Shown: positions 1-8,218, numbered from the stretch's first letter. The stretch is DNA of 21,693 nt from an uncultured archaeon (GCA_964645535.1 CAZYCQ010000055.1:1-21693); one strand, 5' to 3'. Numbers and translations are program-made. Notes: a model not told the origin generated them from the sequence alone.

Positions 1-141
1 CAAGGAAGAATTGGAGTCATGGAAATGTACAGAAGGGGAAAACCCATGTATCCCGAACCCTTTTGCAACTTGAAGGAACAGAACCACCCATTTCAGAGAA
101 AATGGTCAGACACATCTCCAAGATACGGGAAGAAATTCTGA
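1..141 (+). CDS. Possible 3' end of a gene entering from the left (QGRIGVMEMYRRGKPMYPEPF...KKF*), unknown product
   Basis: Frame 1 is open from base 1 to TGA at 139-141 and ends just before the convergent OsmC stop. Other frames are also open for part of this stretch, so the frame is uncertain. Confidence 0.3.
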   Translation, partial: QGRIGVMEMYRRGKPMYPEPFCNLKEQNHPFQRKWSDTSPRYGKKF

Positions 142-149
142 AAAAAAAA

Positions 150-602
150 TTACATCTCCTTTGGATTAACCTTTACGTTGATGTTGATGCCTTCCTTGAT
201 CGACGCCGACACGATGCAGTAGTTGAAGAATTTCTCCTTGCACTTCTCGAACCGTTTCAGCGTCGTCTCATCCAGCTTCTCAAACCCCGCAGTCAGTTCG
301 ACGTCCACCTGTTTGACCCGCCAGTAACCCTGCTCATTCCTCCCAATCTCGACGGTCGTAGTCGCCTCAAGATCATCCAAGGGAGCATGCGATTTCTCCA
401 AACAAAACGTCAAGGATGCTGAAAGACAATCTGTGATTGCCGCTGCAAGAATACGTGAAGCATTCGGATACTCATCCCTTCCTCCAGGAACATTCTCCGG
501 CTCATCCATCATCAATGGAGGAAACTGTTCCTTGTCGAACTCAGCCCGAAACTGCATGCCGTCAACTCTTTTCAGCCTGATTGTGAATTTGCCACCTACC
601 AT
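150..602 (-). CDS. OsmC/Ohr family protein
   Basis: 150 aa with the two conserved Cys motifs (LAAAITDCLSASL and FFNYCIVSASI) and the DEP..PGG...PN segment typical of OsmC-like proteins. A T9 tract follows the stop on the minus strand. Confidence 0.85.
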   Translation of the reverse strand: MVGGKFTIRLKRVDGMQFRAEFDKEQFPPLMMDEPENVPGGRDEYPNASRILAAAITDCLSASLTFCLEKSHAPLDDLEATTTVEIGRNEQGYWRVKQVDVELTAGFEKLDETTLKRFEKCKEKFFNYCIVSASIKEGININVKVNPKEM

Positions 603-679
603 AATTCAATCATATCCCCCACAATACAAATACACCAAGTTCGTTCCTCCGTACTGACCCCTCCAAGTTTAAGAAGTCC

Positions 680-1390
680 ATGTCAATACAGAGAAACATG
701 CTGGTATTTGATCTGGAATTCTATGTGCCACCCGAATCCAGAAATCAATCAAGAACAAGCCTAATCATGAACCCAACAAGAGAAGGAAACATCATCATCG
801 GAGGAAGCTTTTACCAATATACAGGAAAATTTGATCCGGCAAAAATTAATGATTTCTGGATTTGGCAAGAAGACACTTTTGAACCAAACAGCAAAACAGC
901 CCTCCTCAAGAGTGAAAAGCAGACATTGACAAAGATATACAACTATATTGACCAATATGCCATCAAGGATCAAAAAAGACGAGATGAACACCGGAAGAAA
1001 AAGGGATACAAAAATCCCGCAAAAAGAAGGATAACATATTCAGGAATTGGAATTGCACGAACCGACCTGCCAATACTCTTCATCAGATCGGCAACACACA
1101 AGATTGCCCCCTCCACAGATCTCTTTGAACAGTACCTGAGCCACCATCCATTTGATTTGGCAAATGCACTCTTCGGATTCGTACACCAGAAACCGATCAT
1201 GAAACCTTTGAGGGCGGAACAGATATTCAAGCATTTCAAAATCCCATATGAAAAGGATAGCAGTAAATCCGTCTGGGAAATGTTCGAAAAAGAAGAGTTC
1301 CAAAACATCGTCGAGAGAACGCACAAGGAAATTCAAGCCACAATCCAAGTGCTTCAAAAAGTAAAAGAATTGATGAGCCAAGATAAATAA
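680..1390 (+). CDS. Stand-alone DnaQ/DEDD-like 3'-5' exonuclease domain protein
   Basis: ExoI-like VFDLEF, ExoII-like GIGIARTDLPIL and HPFDL. The C-terminal 'SVWEMF...IVERTHKEIQAT' helix sits in the ExoIII position. Confidence 0.6.
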   Translation: MSIQRNMLVFDLEFYVPPESRNQSRTSLIMNPTREGNIIIGGSFYQYTGKFDPAKINDFWIWQEDTFEPNSKTALLKSEKQTLTKIYNYIDQYAIKDQKRRDEHRKKKGYKNPAKRRITYSGIGIARTDLPILFIRSATHKIAPSTDLFEQYLSHHPFDLANALFGFVHQKPIMKPLRAEQIFKHFKIPYEKDSSKSVWEMFEKEEFQNIVERTHKEIQATIQVLQKVKELMSQDK

Positions 1391-1410
1391 AAAGAAACAG
1401 TTTGGAAAAA

Positions 1411-1485
1411 TGGGCCCGCCCTGATTTGAACAGGGGACCTTCTCCACGTCAAGGAGACGTCATAACCGAGCTAGACCACGAGCCC
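1411..1485 (-). tRNA. tRNA-Val(GAC), intronless, CCA not encoded
   Basis: The reverse complement folds into a cloverleaf: acceptor GGGCTCG/CGGGCCC, anticodon arm TCTCC-TTGACGT-GGAGA, T arm CCCTG-TTCAAAT-CAGGG, discriminator A, followed by T5. Confidence 0.97.
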
Positions 1486-1537
1486 AAAGGTGTGTGCTGA
1501 TCTTTATCAGCACCGACAAACTGTATTGGAATGGTTT

Positions 1538-1554
1538 TGATTTAATCTTTTTCG
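1538..1554 (-). promoter_or_regulatory. Putative BRE/TATA promoter for tRNA-Val
   Basis: Minus strand reads GAAAAAGATTAAATC, a purine-rich BRE followed by a TATA-like hexamer, about 55 nt upstream of the mature tRNA. Confidence 0.4.
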
Positions 1555-1593
1555 GTAGGTTTTGGGTTGGACCGCGTTAGTGACAAGTTTTTT

Positions 1594-2877
1594 TCATTCA
1601 AAGAGTATTCTTGTAATTCTGAAGGGGATTTTGGTTGTTTTGAAGAATTTAATGATTTCATCGTTGTCAGTGAATCTTTTGGGCATTCTTTCAATTGCAT
1701 CTGTGACAAGGTTTCTTTGGATTTTCAGTGGGTCATTATTTTTCAGGAGCTTTGGTGAGATGAAAATTGGGGTAAGGAATGCACCATGTTTGAATACTCT
1801 GTCAGGGAATGCCTTGATAGTCATTTTGTGTGAATTGACATCATATACGATGGTTGATTTGGGAGCGAGGTATCTTTTGGCGATTTCTTGGAGTTGTGTT
1901 TCAGAGAATACATTTTGCATGGTTTTGTTGGTGACGGCATTGGCAATCATGGTTTGTTTCCAGGTTTGGATGTTTTGGGAGAGGAGGTGTTGATTGAGGG
2001 TAAGTCTGTTGAGGATTCTTCGTAGTTGGGCTTCGATCCAATATGGCAAGGTTTTATGGTAGATTTTGGCATTGGGGAAAATTTGTTCATTTCCGTAGGA
2101 TCGTTTCAGTTTGAATGGTCGAGTAAATGCGAATTGGGGGTCAATATTTGCGGGATACATTGGAAAATGTCCAGGGAGGATACGAAGGTCCATGATTGTA
2201 AGTTGTTCAGGTAGATGTTGCTTTTTGGGGTCGAACCAGAAAAAGACCTGTTTGAGGTGTTCGAATTTCTTTTTGAAGGAGAGTTCAATTAGGTTGGATG
2301 TTGACTTGTTGGCCACTTGGGTGACCTGGTCTATCATTCCCTGTTCTACGGATGGTGCATGTGCAAGTAGGTTAGATTTGGTTGAATGGTCAAGGTAGTT
2401 TTTGATTTCGTTGAAATATGATCCTAGGAAGAATCCGACCTTTGCTTTGGTTTGCAGTTTTTTGAGGAGGAGGTTTGCGGTTTTGGGTTCAAGCCTGTTG
2501 TTGAGGAGTAGTCTATCATCTTTGAATACCTTGGTTGGGGGTCTGAAAGGGACAAAGAGGAGAGTATTGTTTTTCAAGGTTGCTTCAACCAATTCAAGAA
2601 GCGGGATTGGAGGTTCCTGTCCTGCGTAGGGTTCGACAGTCAGTCCCCCGAGGGGGCTTGGGAGACCTAGGTTTGAGGAGGATCTGTGAGCAAGAGGTAA
2701 TTTTCCGAGTGCGAGAAGGATTTGGTCAATGGTTATGTTTTTTGGATTGTGGAGTTTGATCTTTCTGAAGAAGGTTTCATAGGTGGTGATCCCCTTAACC
2801 GGGACGTAATTGTTGGTATATTCTGTCCCTTTGACCCTTCGTGCAGTGGTTTCAAAGAGATTGGTTTTGACGTACAT
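1594..2877 (-). CDS. Hypothetical protein (427 aa from first ATG; frame open up to 3039); possibly the C-terminal part of a frameshifted gene
   Basis: Long ORF with no recognisable motif. The frame continues stop-free for 54 codons upstream of the ATG and overlaps the previous ORF. Confidence 0.7.
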   Translation of the reverse strand: MYVKTNLFETTARRVKGTEYTNNYVPVKGITTYETFFRKIKLHNPKNITIDQILLALGKLPLAHRSSSNLGLPSPLGGLTVEPYAGQEPPIPLLELVEATLKNNTLLFVPFRPPTKVFKDDRLLLNNRLEPKTANLLLKKLQTKAKVGFFLGSYFNEIKNYLDHSTKSNLLAHAPSVEQGMIDQVTQVANKSTSNLIELSFKKKFEHLKQVFFWFDPKKQHLPEQLTIMDLRILPGHFPMYPANIDPQFAFTRPFKLKRSYGNEQIFPNAKIYHKTLPYWIEAQLRRILNRLTLNQHLLSQNIQTWKQTMIANAVTNKTMQNVFSETQLQEIAKRYLAPKSTIVYDVNSHKMTIKAFPDRVFKHGAFLTPIFISPKLLKNNDPLKIQRNLVTDAIERMPKRFTDNDEIIKFFKTTKIPFRITRILFE

Positions 2878-2932
2878 GGGATGGTTGTCATTTGTGAGGA
2901 TGACGGGATTTTTAGGCGAATGGAGGTCAATG

Positions 2933-4828
2933 TCAATGATTTTGTTCCATTGGCGGATTGAAGATCCACTTATCCATTTGAGGTTGAGGAATGATATGTC
3001 GAAGGTTTGGAAACAGTTGTAAGTTATTATCCTTCTGTGTCATTTGCAAAAGTTTGAGAACCTCATTCTGGGTTGCTCCTGCATAGGCAAGGATGCTGAC
3101 TTCGGGCATCCACGTTCCTAGGATGAAATTGGTATGGTGTCCTTGTTGCGGGGTAGAGAAGAGAAGTTCGTAGGTTTTTCTCTGGTATTTCCTGATTATG
3201 TTGAGTCTCATTTTTCCCGTTGGTCGAGAAACTCTGATGGAAAACAGGTCAGGATTGGGGAGGGACTGAGCAATTCCCTTTGAATCAAGGTACTTTGTGA
3301 TTCCAAATCTGAATTCGGAGTGGGTCAATTGTTGGGGGATGAAGAAGGTATCCTTTTCAATGATGGCATTGAACTGGTTTCCGTCAGGGGTTACGAGTGG
3401 AACAAGAATAACAGTTTCCGGATCGATGGCATTTCCGACTTGGACATTGGAAAGGTCTGCATAATTCCTCTGAACCATCATCCCCTTATTCAATGCATCA
3501 ACTGAAGATTTGATGGTACTGAATCCAATTCCCAAATCCTTTGGAGCAAACCACCTTCCGCTTCTCATGAATTCGATCAGTTGGTGCTGTGCAATGGAGT
3601 TTTCCATTTTCCGTGCAATTCCGATGATAATTCTGTTGATGGGTATGGTATCGCCAATATGGAGGATTTTGGATGTGTTTAGGGCATTTCGGAATTCATC
3701 AGTTGCCATTTGGACACAATTCGAAGAATCAAGGTTTTTTCCTCCGAGCTTGAATAAAGAGTTGATCCCTAGGGAGGTTTTCAGCTTGTACCAATCCCTC
3801 CCAAGGCGGTCAATTCTCCCCAATCCAATGCCTTCAACAACCACTCTTCCATCAGTCTTTGATTTGATTGGTGGAGGGTAGTCTTCCATTCTTCCAAGAA
3901 TAAGACGATCGTTTTCATTGCCTTTGGCCATTTTGCATGCCTGCGTCAGCAAAGCTCTCCTATCAATTTTGTCAGATAGCTTCAATTTGTATTCTGTAAT
4001 GGTGTTCAGAAGGGTAATCTCCTGAATGCGATTGATAAGGGGGTTCTTTGCATTTTTGGATGGTCTTGGAAGGATTAGAGTTAACCGGTCAGTTCCTGAG
4101 GTGATGGAGTTGACATCAATCGATTGGGAGCGGATTTCGTTGATGGCCTCCCTAAGTTTACTCTCTAATAAGATAGGGTCGGATTTACCGACCATTCCAG
4201 CGATGCTTCTCACATGTGGTGTAGGGAGTGACCAGTCCGAAGAGTGATTCAGGATTGTACTCGAAGGAATTGGAGATGCGTGGAGCAATCCATCCACAAT
4301 GAGGTAAGAAGCAGAAATCTTTTCAAGAAGGTGGATGCCAAACTTTTCCGCGGCTTCTCCCTGTGTTGTTTCCAGTCCGGATCCTTTGATGAATGATGGA
4401 TTGGTGGTGAAATATGGGATTGAGTGGGATCTGTCAAGTTCTTGAGTGTCCTTGTTGTATTTTATGAAGTCATAAAATTCTTCAAGGAGGCTTTTGTCGC
4501 GGGTTCCGAAGACCTTCTGAATTTCTGGATCATTGATGAACTCGGATTTTGTTTTGGAATGCTGAATATAGTAGATGTGATTGACAAGGCGTAAGAGGAT
4601 GTGTTGGGGAGTGATTTCTGCGGGAAAGTGTTTGCTGTCGAAAAGGCAATCCATGAACTTCCTTGCGTGCAACGGGAGGGGAGAGGTCAACCCCCTGAAG
4701 GAGATCGAGTGGGGGAGACTGTTTGATTTCGGAAGAAAGCAAGTATTGTTTTGGTCTGGCATGTCAAGACCATCTTGGGGGGAGGGAGGCAACCAACCAA
4801 AAAAATGAGGATGGCTGCAATATTTCAA
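2933..4828 (-). CDS. Hypothetical protein (631 aa; start uncertain); possibly the N-terminal part of a frameshifted gene
   Basis: Long ORF with globular composition and no recognisable motif. The TTG start is uncertain. Confidence 0.75.
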   Translation of the reverse strand: MKYCSHPHFFGWLPPSPQDGLDMPDQNNTCFLPKSNSLPHSISFRGLTSPLPLHARKFMDCLFDSKHFPAEITPQHILLRLVNHIYYIQHSKTKSEFINDPEIQKVFGTRDKSLLEEFYDFIKYNKDTQELDRSHSIPYFTTNPSFIKGSGLETTQGEAAEKFGIHLLEKISASYLIVDGLLHASPIPSSTILNHSSDWSLPTPHVRSIAGMVGKSDPILLESKLREAINEIRSQSIDVNSITSGTDRLTLILPRPSKNAKNPLINRIQEITLLNTITEYKLKLSDKIDRRALLTQACKMAKGNENDRLILGRMEDYPPPIKSKTDGRVVVEGIGLGRIDRLGRDWYKLKTSLGINSLFKLGGKNLDSSNCVQMATDEFRNALNTSKILHIGDTIPINRIIIGIARKMENSIAQHQLIEFMRSGRWFAPKDLGIGFSTIKSSVDALNKGMMVQRNYADLSNVQVGNAIDPETVILVPLVTPDGNQFNAIIEKDTFFIPQQLTHSEFRFGITKYLDSKGIAQSLPNPDLFSIRVSRPTGKMRLNIIRKYQRKTYELLFSTPQQGHHTNFILGTWMPEVSILAYAGATQNEVLKLLQMTQKDNNLQLFPNLRHIIPQPQMDKWIFNPPMEQNH

Positions 4829-4926
4829 TGGAAATCCTTTTTCAAAAGGGTTTTGGATGGAGTGGAGACCGAAAGTATTGGGAGGACATTGTTCATGAGT
4901 CGTCCATCAAAAAACCCAATCATTCA

Positions 4927-5220
4927 TCAACCAAAAATACTACATAGGCAATTATTGTCAAGATGTGAGCAATTCGCATCATTATGCTCCAACTCAAATA
5001 TTTGATTGTCTTCTGTTTTTGCATAGACAATAACTGAATCACATTCAGTGCAATCAACTTCTTCCAGCACGAAGCTTGCCTTGCACCATTTGCAGACCAT
5101 TGATTCGGTATCCTTAAATTCATGCATATTGGTTATGCGGAAATAAGGGCACATTATGTTCGGCTTCCATTTGGTTTCTGATTTTAGTATCTCATGTATT
5201 TTCAAGGTTTTAGTTTTCAA
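4927..5220 (-). CDS. Small Cys-rich putative zinc-binding protein
   Basis: AGGAGG SD about 8 nt before the TTG; CKWC and CTEC pairs plus CSH..CLC at the C-terminus. Confidence 0.6.
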   Translation of the reverse strand: MKTKTLKIHEILKSETKWKPNIMCPYFRITNMHEFKDTESMVCKWCKASFVLEEVDCTECDSVIVYAKTEDNQIFELEHNDANCSHLDNNCLCSIFG

Positions 5221-5463
5221 TCAAAAGCCCTCCTGATATCAATTGTAGATTTGTTTTTTATTTTTTTGTTGGTTTACCTACATTCGAACCATATCCAATA
5301 TTCCTTTCATTCGCATCCATTAACCAGAAGTATTGAGGGAGAATTTTGTCAGAGGGAAGTGGCTTGAATCACATAGATGATTGAAAAGGATTCTTCAAGC
5401 ATGTAATTTTGTGATGACAAGATGGTATTGTTTTATAGTGGGTTGTAAAATCAGAATTTGTAA

Positions 5464-6909
5464 ATGATATCAGTACGTATTGAATCAATCTATGCAGTGG
5501 GGTTGGCAAAGATCCTGATGGATTCAGGCGAACCCTTGCAGTTGATCTCGCCAAATGAGGAACTGCAGAAGGTATTGGGGGTCGAGGATCGGGTGGATAC
5601 CTTAGACGTGCATATTGGAGATATCTCGGATCGGTTTGGCCTTCAATTGAAGGGAAGTGCCGAACACGTGGACAAGATTCTGGATATCCTCCGATCCAAG
5701 CTTCCAGACAGTCTTGTATTCCGTCATGAATTGCAACAGGATGCGATCTATTTTGCGATAGTTGACAATTTTCTGCCTCGGAAACGTGTGGGTTTTTTGG
5801 ATCTCGGTGATGGGCAGACAGGAGTGATGTTCTCTTCGCGATTGCGACAGGGAGCTCGTCTCATTGTTCAGGTGAAAGAACTTCCCATGGAGGAAGGCAA
5901 GTTTCCGGTGGTTTCAGACCAGATCAACCTCGCAGGGCAATATGTCATCCTTGAGAAGGGAGAGGATGGTGAGTTTGTACGTGTCAGCAAGAAGATCGTG
6001 GGGGAGATGCGAGACCGGATGCATGAGCTTGGTCACAGGATTCGTCCAGAAGGATTTGGTCTTATTCTGCGTACTAGTGCGCCGGAGGCGGATGAAGATA
6101 CCCTCAGATCCGAGGTAGAGTATCTGAAGGCTATCTGGGATCGTGCCATGGCTGCCAAGAGGGAAGGAGTTCCTAAGAAGATCACTTCAGGAGAAGCCTT
6201 GGCTACGTTGATTCTGCACCATGGAACCAAACAGCGGTTAGACGAAATCCGAAGCACAGTTCAGGAAGTGATGCCCAAGTATCATTCATTCAAGTCGTAT
6301 TCAGTAGCTTCCGGGTTTGCAGTCGATTATATGCTCAATTTCCTCTCGAAGGTAGACCGGATGGAGGCAAAAGAAGTGTTGGAAGAGATGATTCTGAGCC
6401 GTGACTATCAGCTGGATCATCCTTTGCGTGCAGAATTCCACAAAGTGGATGGACGGCAACTTGATCCCATACTTGGACTAATTAAGGTCAATCATGGACG
6501 GTTTGAATTGCAGAAGAACTTGGATGAGTATCTTGCATCAAATGATGACAGCCAATTTGTGGTGTATGAAGGGGATTACATCCGGACATATTTTGCGGAA
6601 GGATCATGGACGATCCACTATAGATACTATTCCGGAGAGGATGATCACTTGATCGGTGATCGCGTACAAATTGTCACACCGGTTGAGCTTGCTTTCAGGG
6701 GACGCATTCGCACGGTGGATTTTGGAATCAATGTCTATCGTGATGGAGAGACCGGAGCAATTGATGTGATCACTGATAATGATGATGATCTTTTGAGTGA
6801 GGGAATCATCACCTCGGAATTGGACATCAAATTAGGTGAAGTCATCGAGAAGGTTTTGGCTCAGCTAAGAAAGCCTTCGGAGCTGGAGCCAGTCATTGTT
6901 CGCGATTAA
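5464..6909 (+). CDS. fau-1: FAU-1 family AU-rich RNA-binding protein / ribonuclease E/G-like (S1 + RNase E/G + DUF402)
   Basis: The N-terminus SVRIESIYAVGLAKIL matches the FAU-1 VRIRGIYxTALxKLL pattern. It also has S1 'LIVQVKE', RNase E/G 'VSKKI...GFGLILRTSA' and a C-terminal DUF402-like 'IVTPVEL...IRTVD'. Confidence 0.85.
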   Translation: MISVRIESIYAVGLAKILMDSGEPLQLISPNEELQKVLGVEDRVDTLDVHIGDISDRFGLQLKGSAEHVDKILDILRSKLPDSLVFRHELQQDAIYFAIVDNFLPRKRVGFLDLGDGQTGVMFSSRLRQGARLIVQVKELPMEEGKFPVVSDQINLAGQYVILEKGEDGEFVRVSKKIVGEMRDRMHELGHRIRPEGFGLILRTSAPEADEDTLRSEVEYLKAIWDRAMAAKREGVPKKITSGEALATLILHHGTKQRLDEIRSTVQEVMPKYHSFKSYSVASGFAVDYMLNFLSKVDRMEAKEVLEEMILSRDYQLDHPLRAEFHKVDGRQLDPILGLIKVNHGRFELQKNLDEYLASNDDSQFVVYEGDYIRTYFAEGSWTIHYRYYSGEDDHLIGDRVQIVTPVELAFRGRIRTVDFGINVYRDGETGAIDVITDNDDDLLSEGIITSELDIKLGEVIEKVLAQLRKPSELEPVIVRD

Positions 6910-7330
6910 TCTTTTCAAAGAAGTTTTTGACATCTGTTTCTGAAAATTCCTGGTCAATCCATGGATAAAGTATGTTTTCTTCTTTTTCATTGTGAACTTT
7001 AAGGACTTGAAGCATTCCTTTTTCTTCCTCATCTGTCTCAGGGTTTCCAGCCTGTATCTTTTCATGGATTTTTGCCAAGAAATCCTTGATTTGGGTATGT
7101 TCGTATCTCATGACCACAGTTGGACCTTGCGTTTTCATACCAGTCTTTTCCTCGAAGACAGGAAAGAGGATGTCTTCTTCCCAGACAATATGTTTTTCAA
7201 GACCATTCTTGAATTCGGAGAAAAGGGATTGGGCGATGGAGACATCATTTCTTTTGATTTCCTGAAATTTGATAAATATCCCATCAAGTCGATCGTGATC
7301 AGCCTCCATGAAATCTTTGACTGACTGCAT
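6893..7330 (-). CDS. Hemerythrin/HHE cation-binding domain protein
   Basis: Two H...HxxxEE repeats: DHDRLD / HIVWEEDILFP and EHTQI / HNEKEENILYP. Start is ATG 7330 (or GTG 7351). It overlaps the FAU-1 3' end by 17 bp. Confidence 0.9.
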   Translation of the reverse strand: MQSVKDFMEADHDRLDGIFIKFQEIKRNDVSIAQSLFSEFKNGLEKHIVWEEDILFPVFEEKTGMKTQGPTVVMRYEHTQIKDFLAKIHEKIQAGNPETDEEEKGMLQVLKVHNEKEENILYPWIDQEFSETDVKNFFEKINREQ

Positions 7331-7651
7331 GAGTAGGGCATGATTTGTCACCTAAAAAACCTTGTGAAATACTATATTATTTTTAGTTAATTGGAGCCTG
7401 GAAAGTGCCAATTTGTCTTGTCAGGTTGGAGAAAAAGTCAGAAATTAATTAACTTACAATTCCCAGAATCTTTGAAAGGTATTTTGTTGAACGTGGATAT
7501 CAAGATAATTGATTGGTAGCAATAGAAGCAATCTTGATTCAATCACCTTTTATTCTTGATAGAATTATGGTACGGGATAACTCACACACAAATCTGAAAA
7601 GGTAGGTTGATATGGGATACTTTATTTTGTGGAATGAGAAGGAGGATGTGT

Positions 7652-8218
7652 ATGAAAGACAATTATGTGTTTCCTTCGGACAAACTAGCCGTTGAAGAGG
7701 AATACCTCCCGTCCGAAGGCACCTATCTTGAAGATCATGAGATTCGGGCAGCAGTGTTCGGAGACCCATTCCTAGATCGTGAACACTATAAGGCAACTGT
7801 CTTCCCCCGTACACAAAAGGCACGAGTGCCCCATGTCGGAGAGATTGTTGTGGGGGTTGTACAGCAGGTGCGAAAGGTTTCCCTTGTCATGGAAGTGCAT
7901 TTTCTTGGAGAAATTGAGGTGCATCCCCCTTACACAGGTGTCCTGCACATTTCCAATGCATCCCGTGATTTTGTCTCATCCATGGACGAATTATTTGCTA
8001 GTGGAGACATTGTACGTGCAAAGGTAGTGGATGCCAAGACAGTTCCAATTCAGTTGGAAACCAAAGGGATCAATTTGGGAGTAATCTATTCGCTGTGTGA
8101 ACGATGTGGAGCCGTAACCAACAAGGTGGGACGGGACAAGCTACAATGCACACACTGTGAGCATTTCCAAAAGCGGAAGACCGCGATCGACTATGGTAAA
8201 GGGATACTTATCGACTAA
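7652..8218 (+). CDS. csl4: Exosome complex RNA-binding subunit Csl4
   Basis: N-terminal 'VFPSDKLAVEEEYLPSEGTY', S1 domain 'GVLHIS...GDIVRAKV', 'LGVIYSLCERCG' and 'CTHC...KRK' zinc ribbon. GGAGGA SD precedes ATG 7652. Confidence 0.93.
   Translation: MKDNYVFPSDKLAVEEEYLPSEGTYLEDHEIRAAVFGDPFLDREHYKATVFPRTQKARVPHVGEIVVGVVQQVRKVSLVMEVHFLGEIEVHPPYTGVLHISNASRDFVSSMDELFASGDIVRAKVVDAKTVPIQLETKGINLGVIYSLCERCGAVTNKVGRDKLQCTHCEHFQKRKTAIDYGKGILID

Noticed and set aside
63-422. 119-aa + strand ORF and the other short ORF-track entries overlapping called genes
   Set aside because: They are antisense or alternate-frame shadows of well-supported genes, with no motifs.
1411-1485. tRNA as attachment site of an integrated element containing the ORFans
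   Set aside because: No duplicated tRNA segment or integrase is visible in the window, and the ORFans lie on the tRNA 5' side.
4690-4824. Lipobox-like 'NIAAILIFLVGCLPP' in an alternative minus-strand frame
   Set aside because: It is bounded by stops with no upstream start codon, so it is probably chance. It matters only if the giant gene proves multiply frameshifted.
5362-5420. GCTTGAA/TTCAAGC inverted repeat and box C-like GTGATGA upstream of fau-1 (C/D sRNA?)
   Set aside because: No properly placed box D (CTGA), and the stem is short for AT-rich DNA.
7438-7542. 34-aa minus-strand ORF with CFYC
   Set aside because: Only a single CxxC, a TTG start abutting the GGTGA with no spacer, and no other support.
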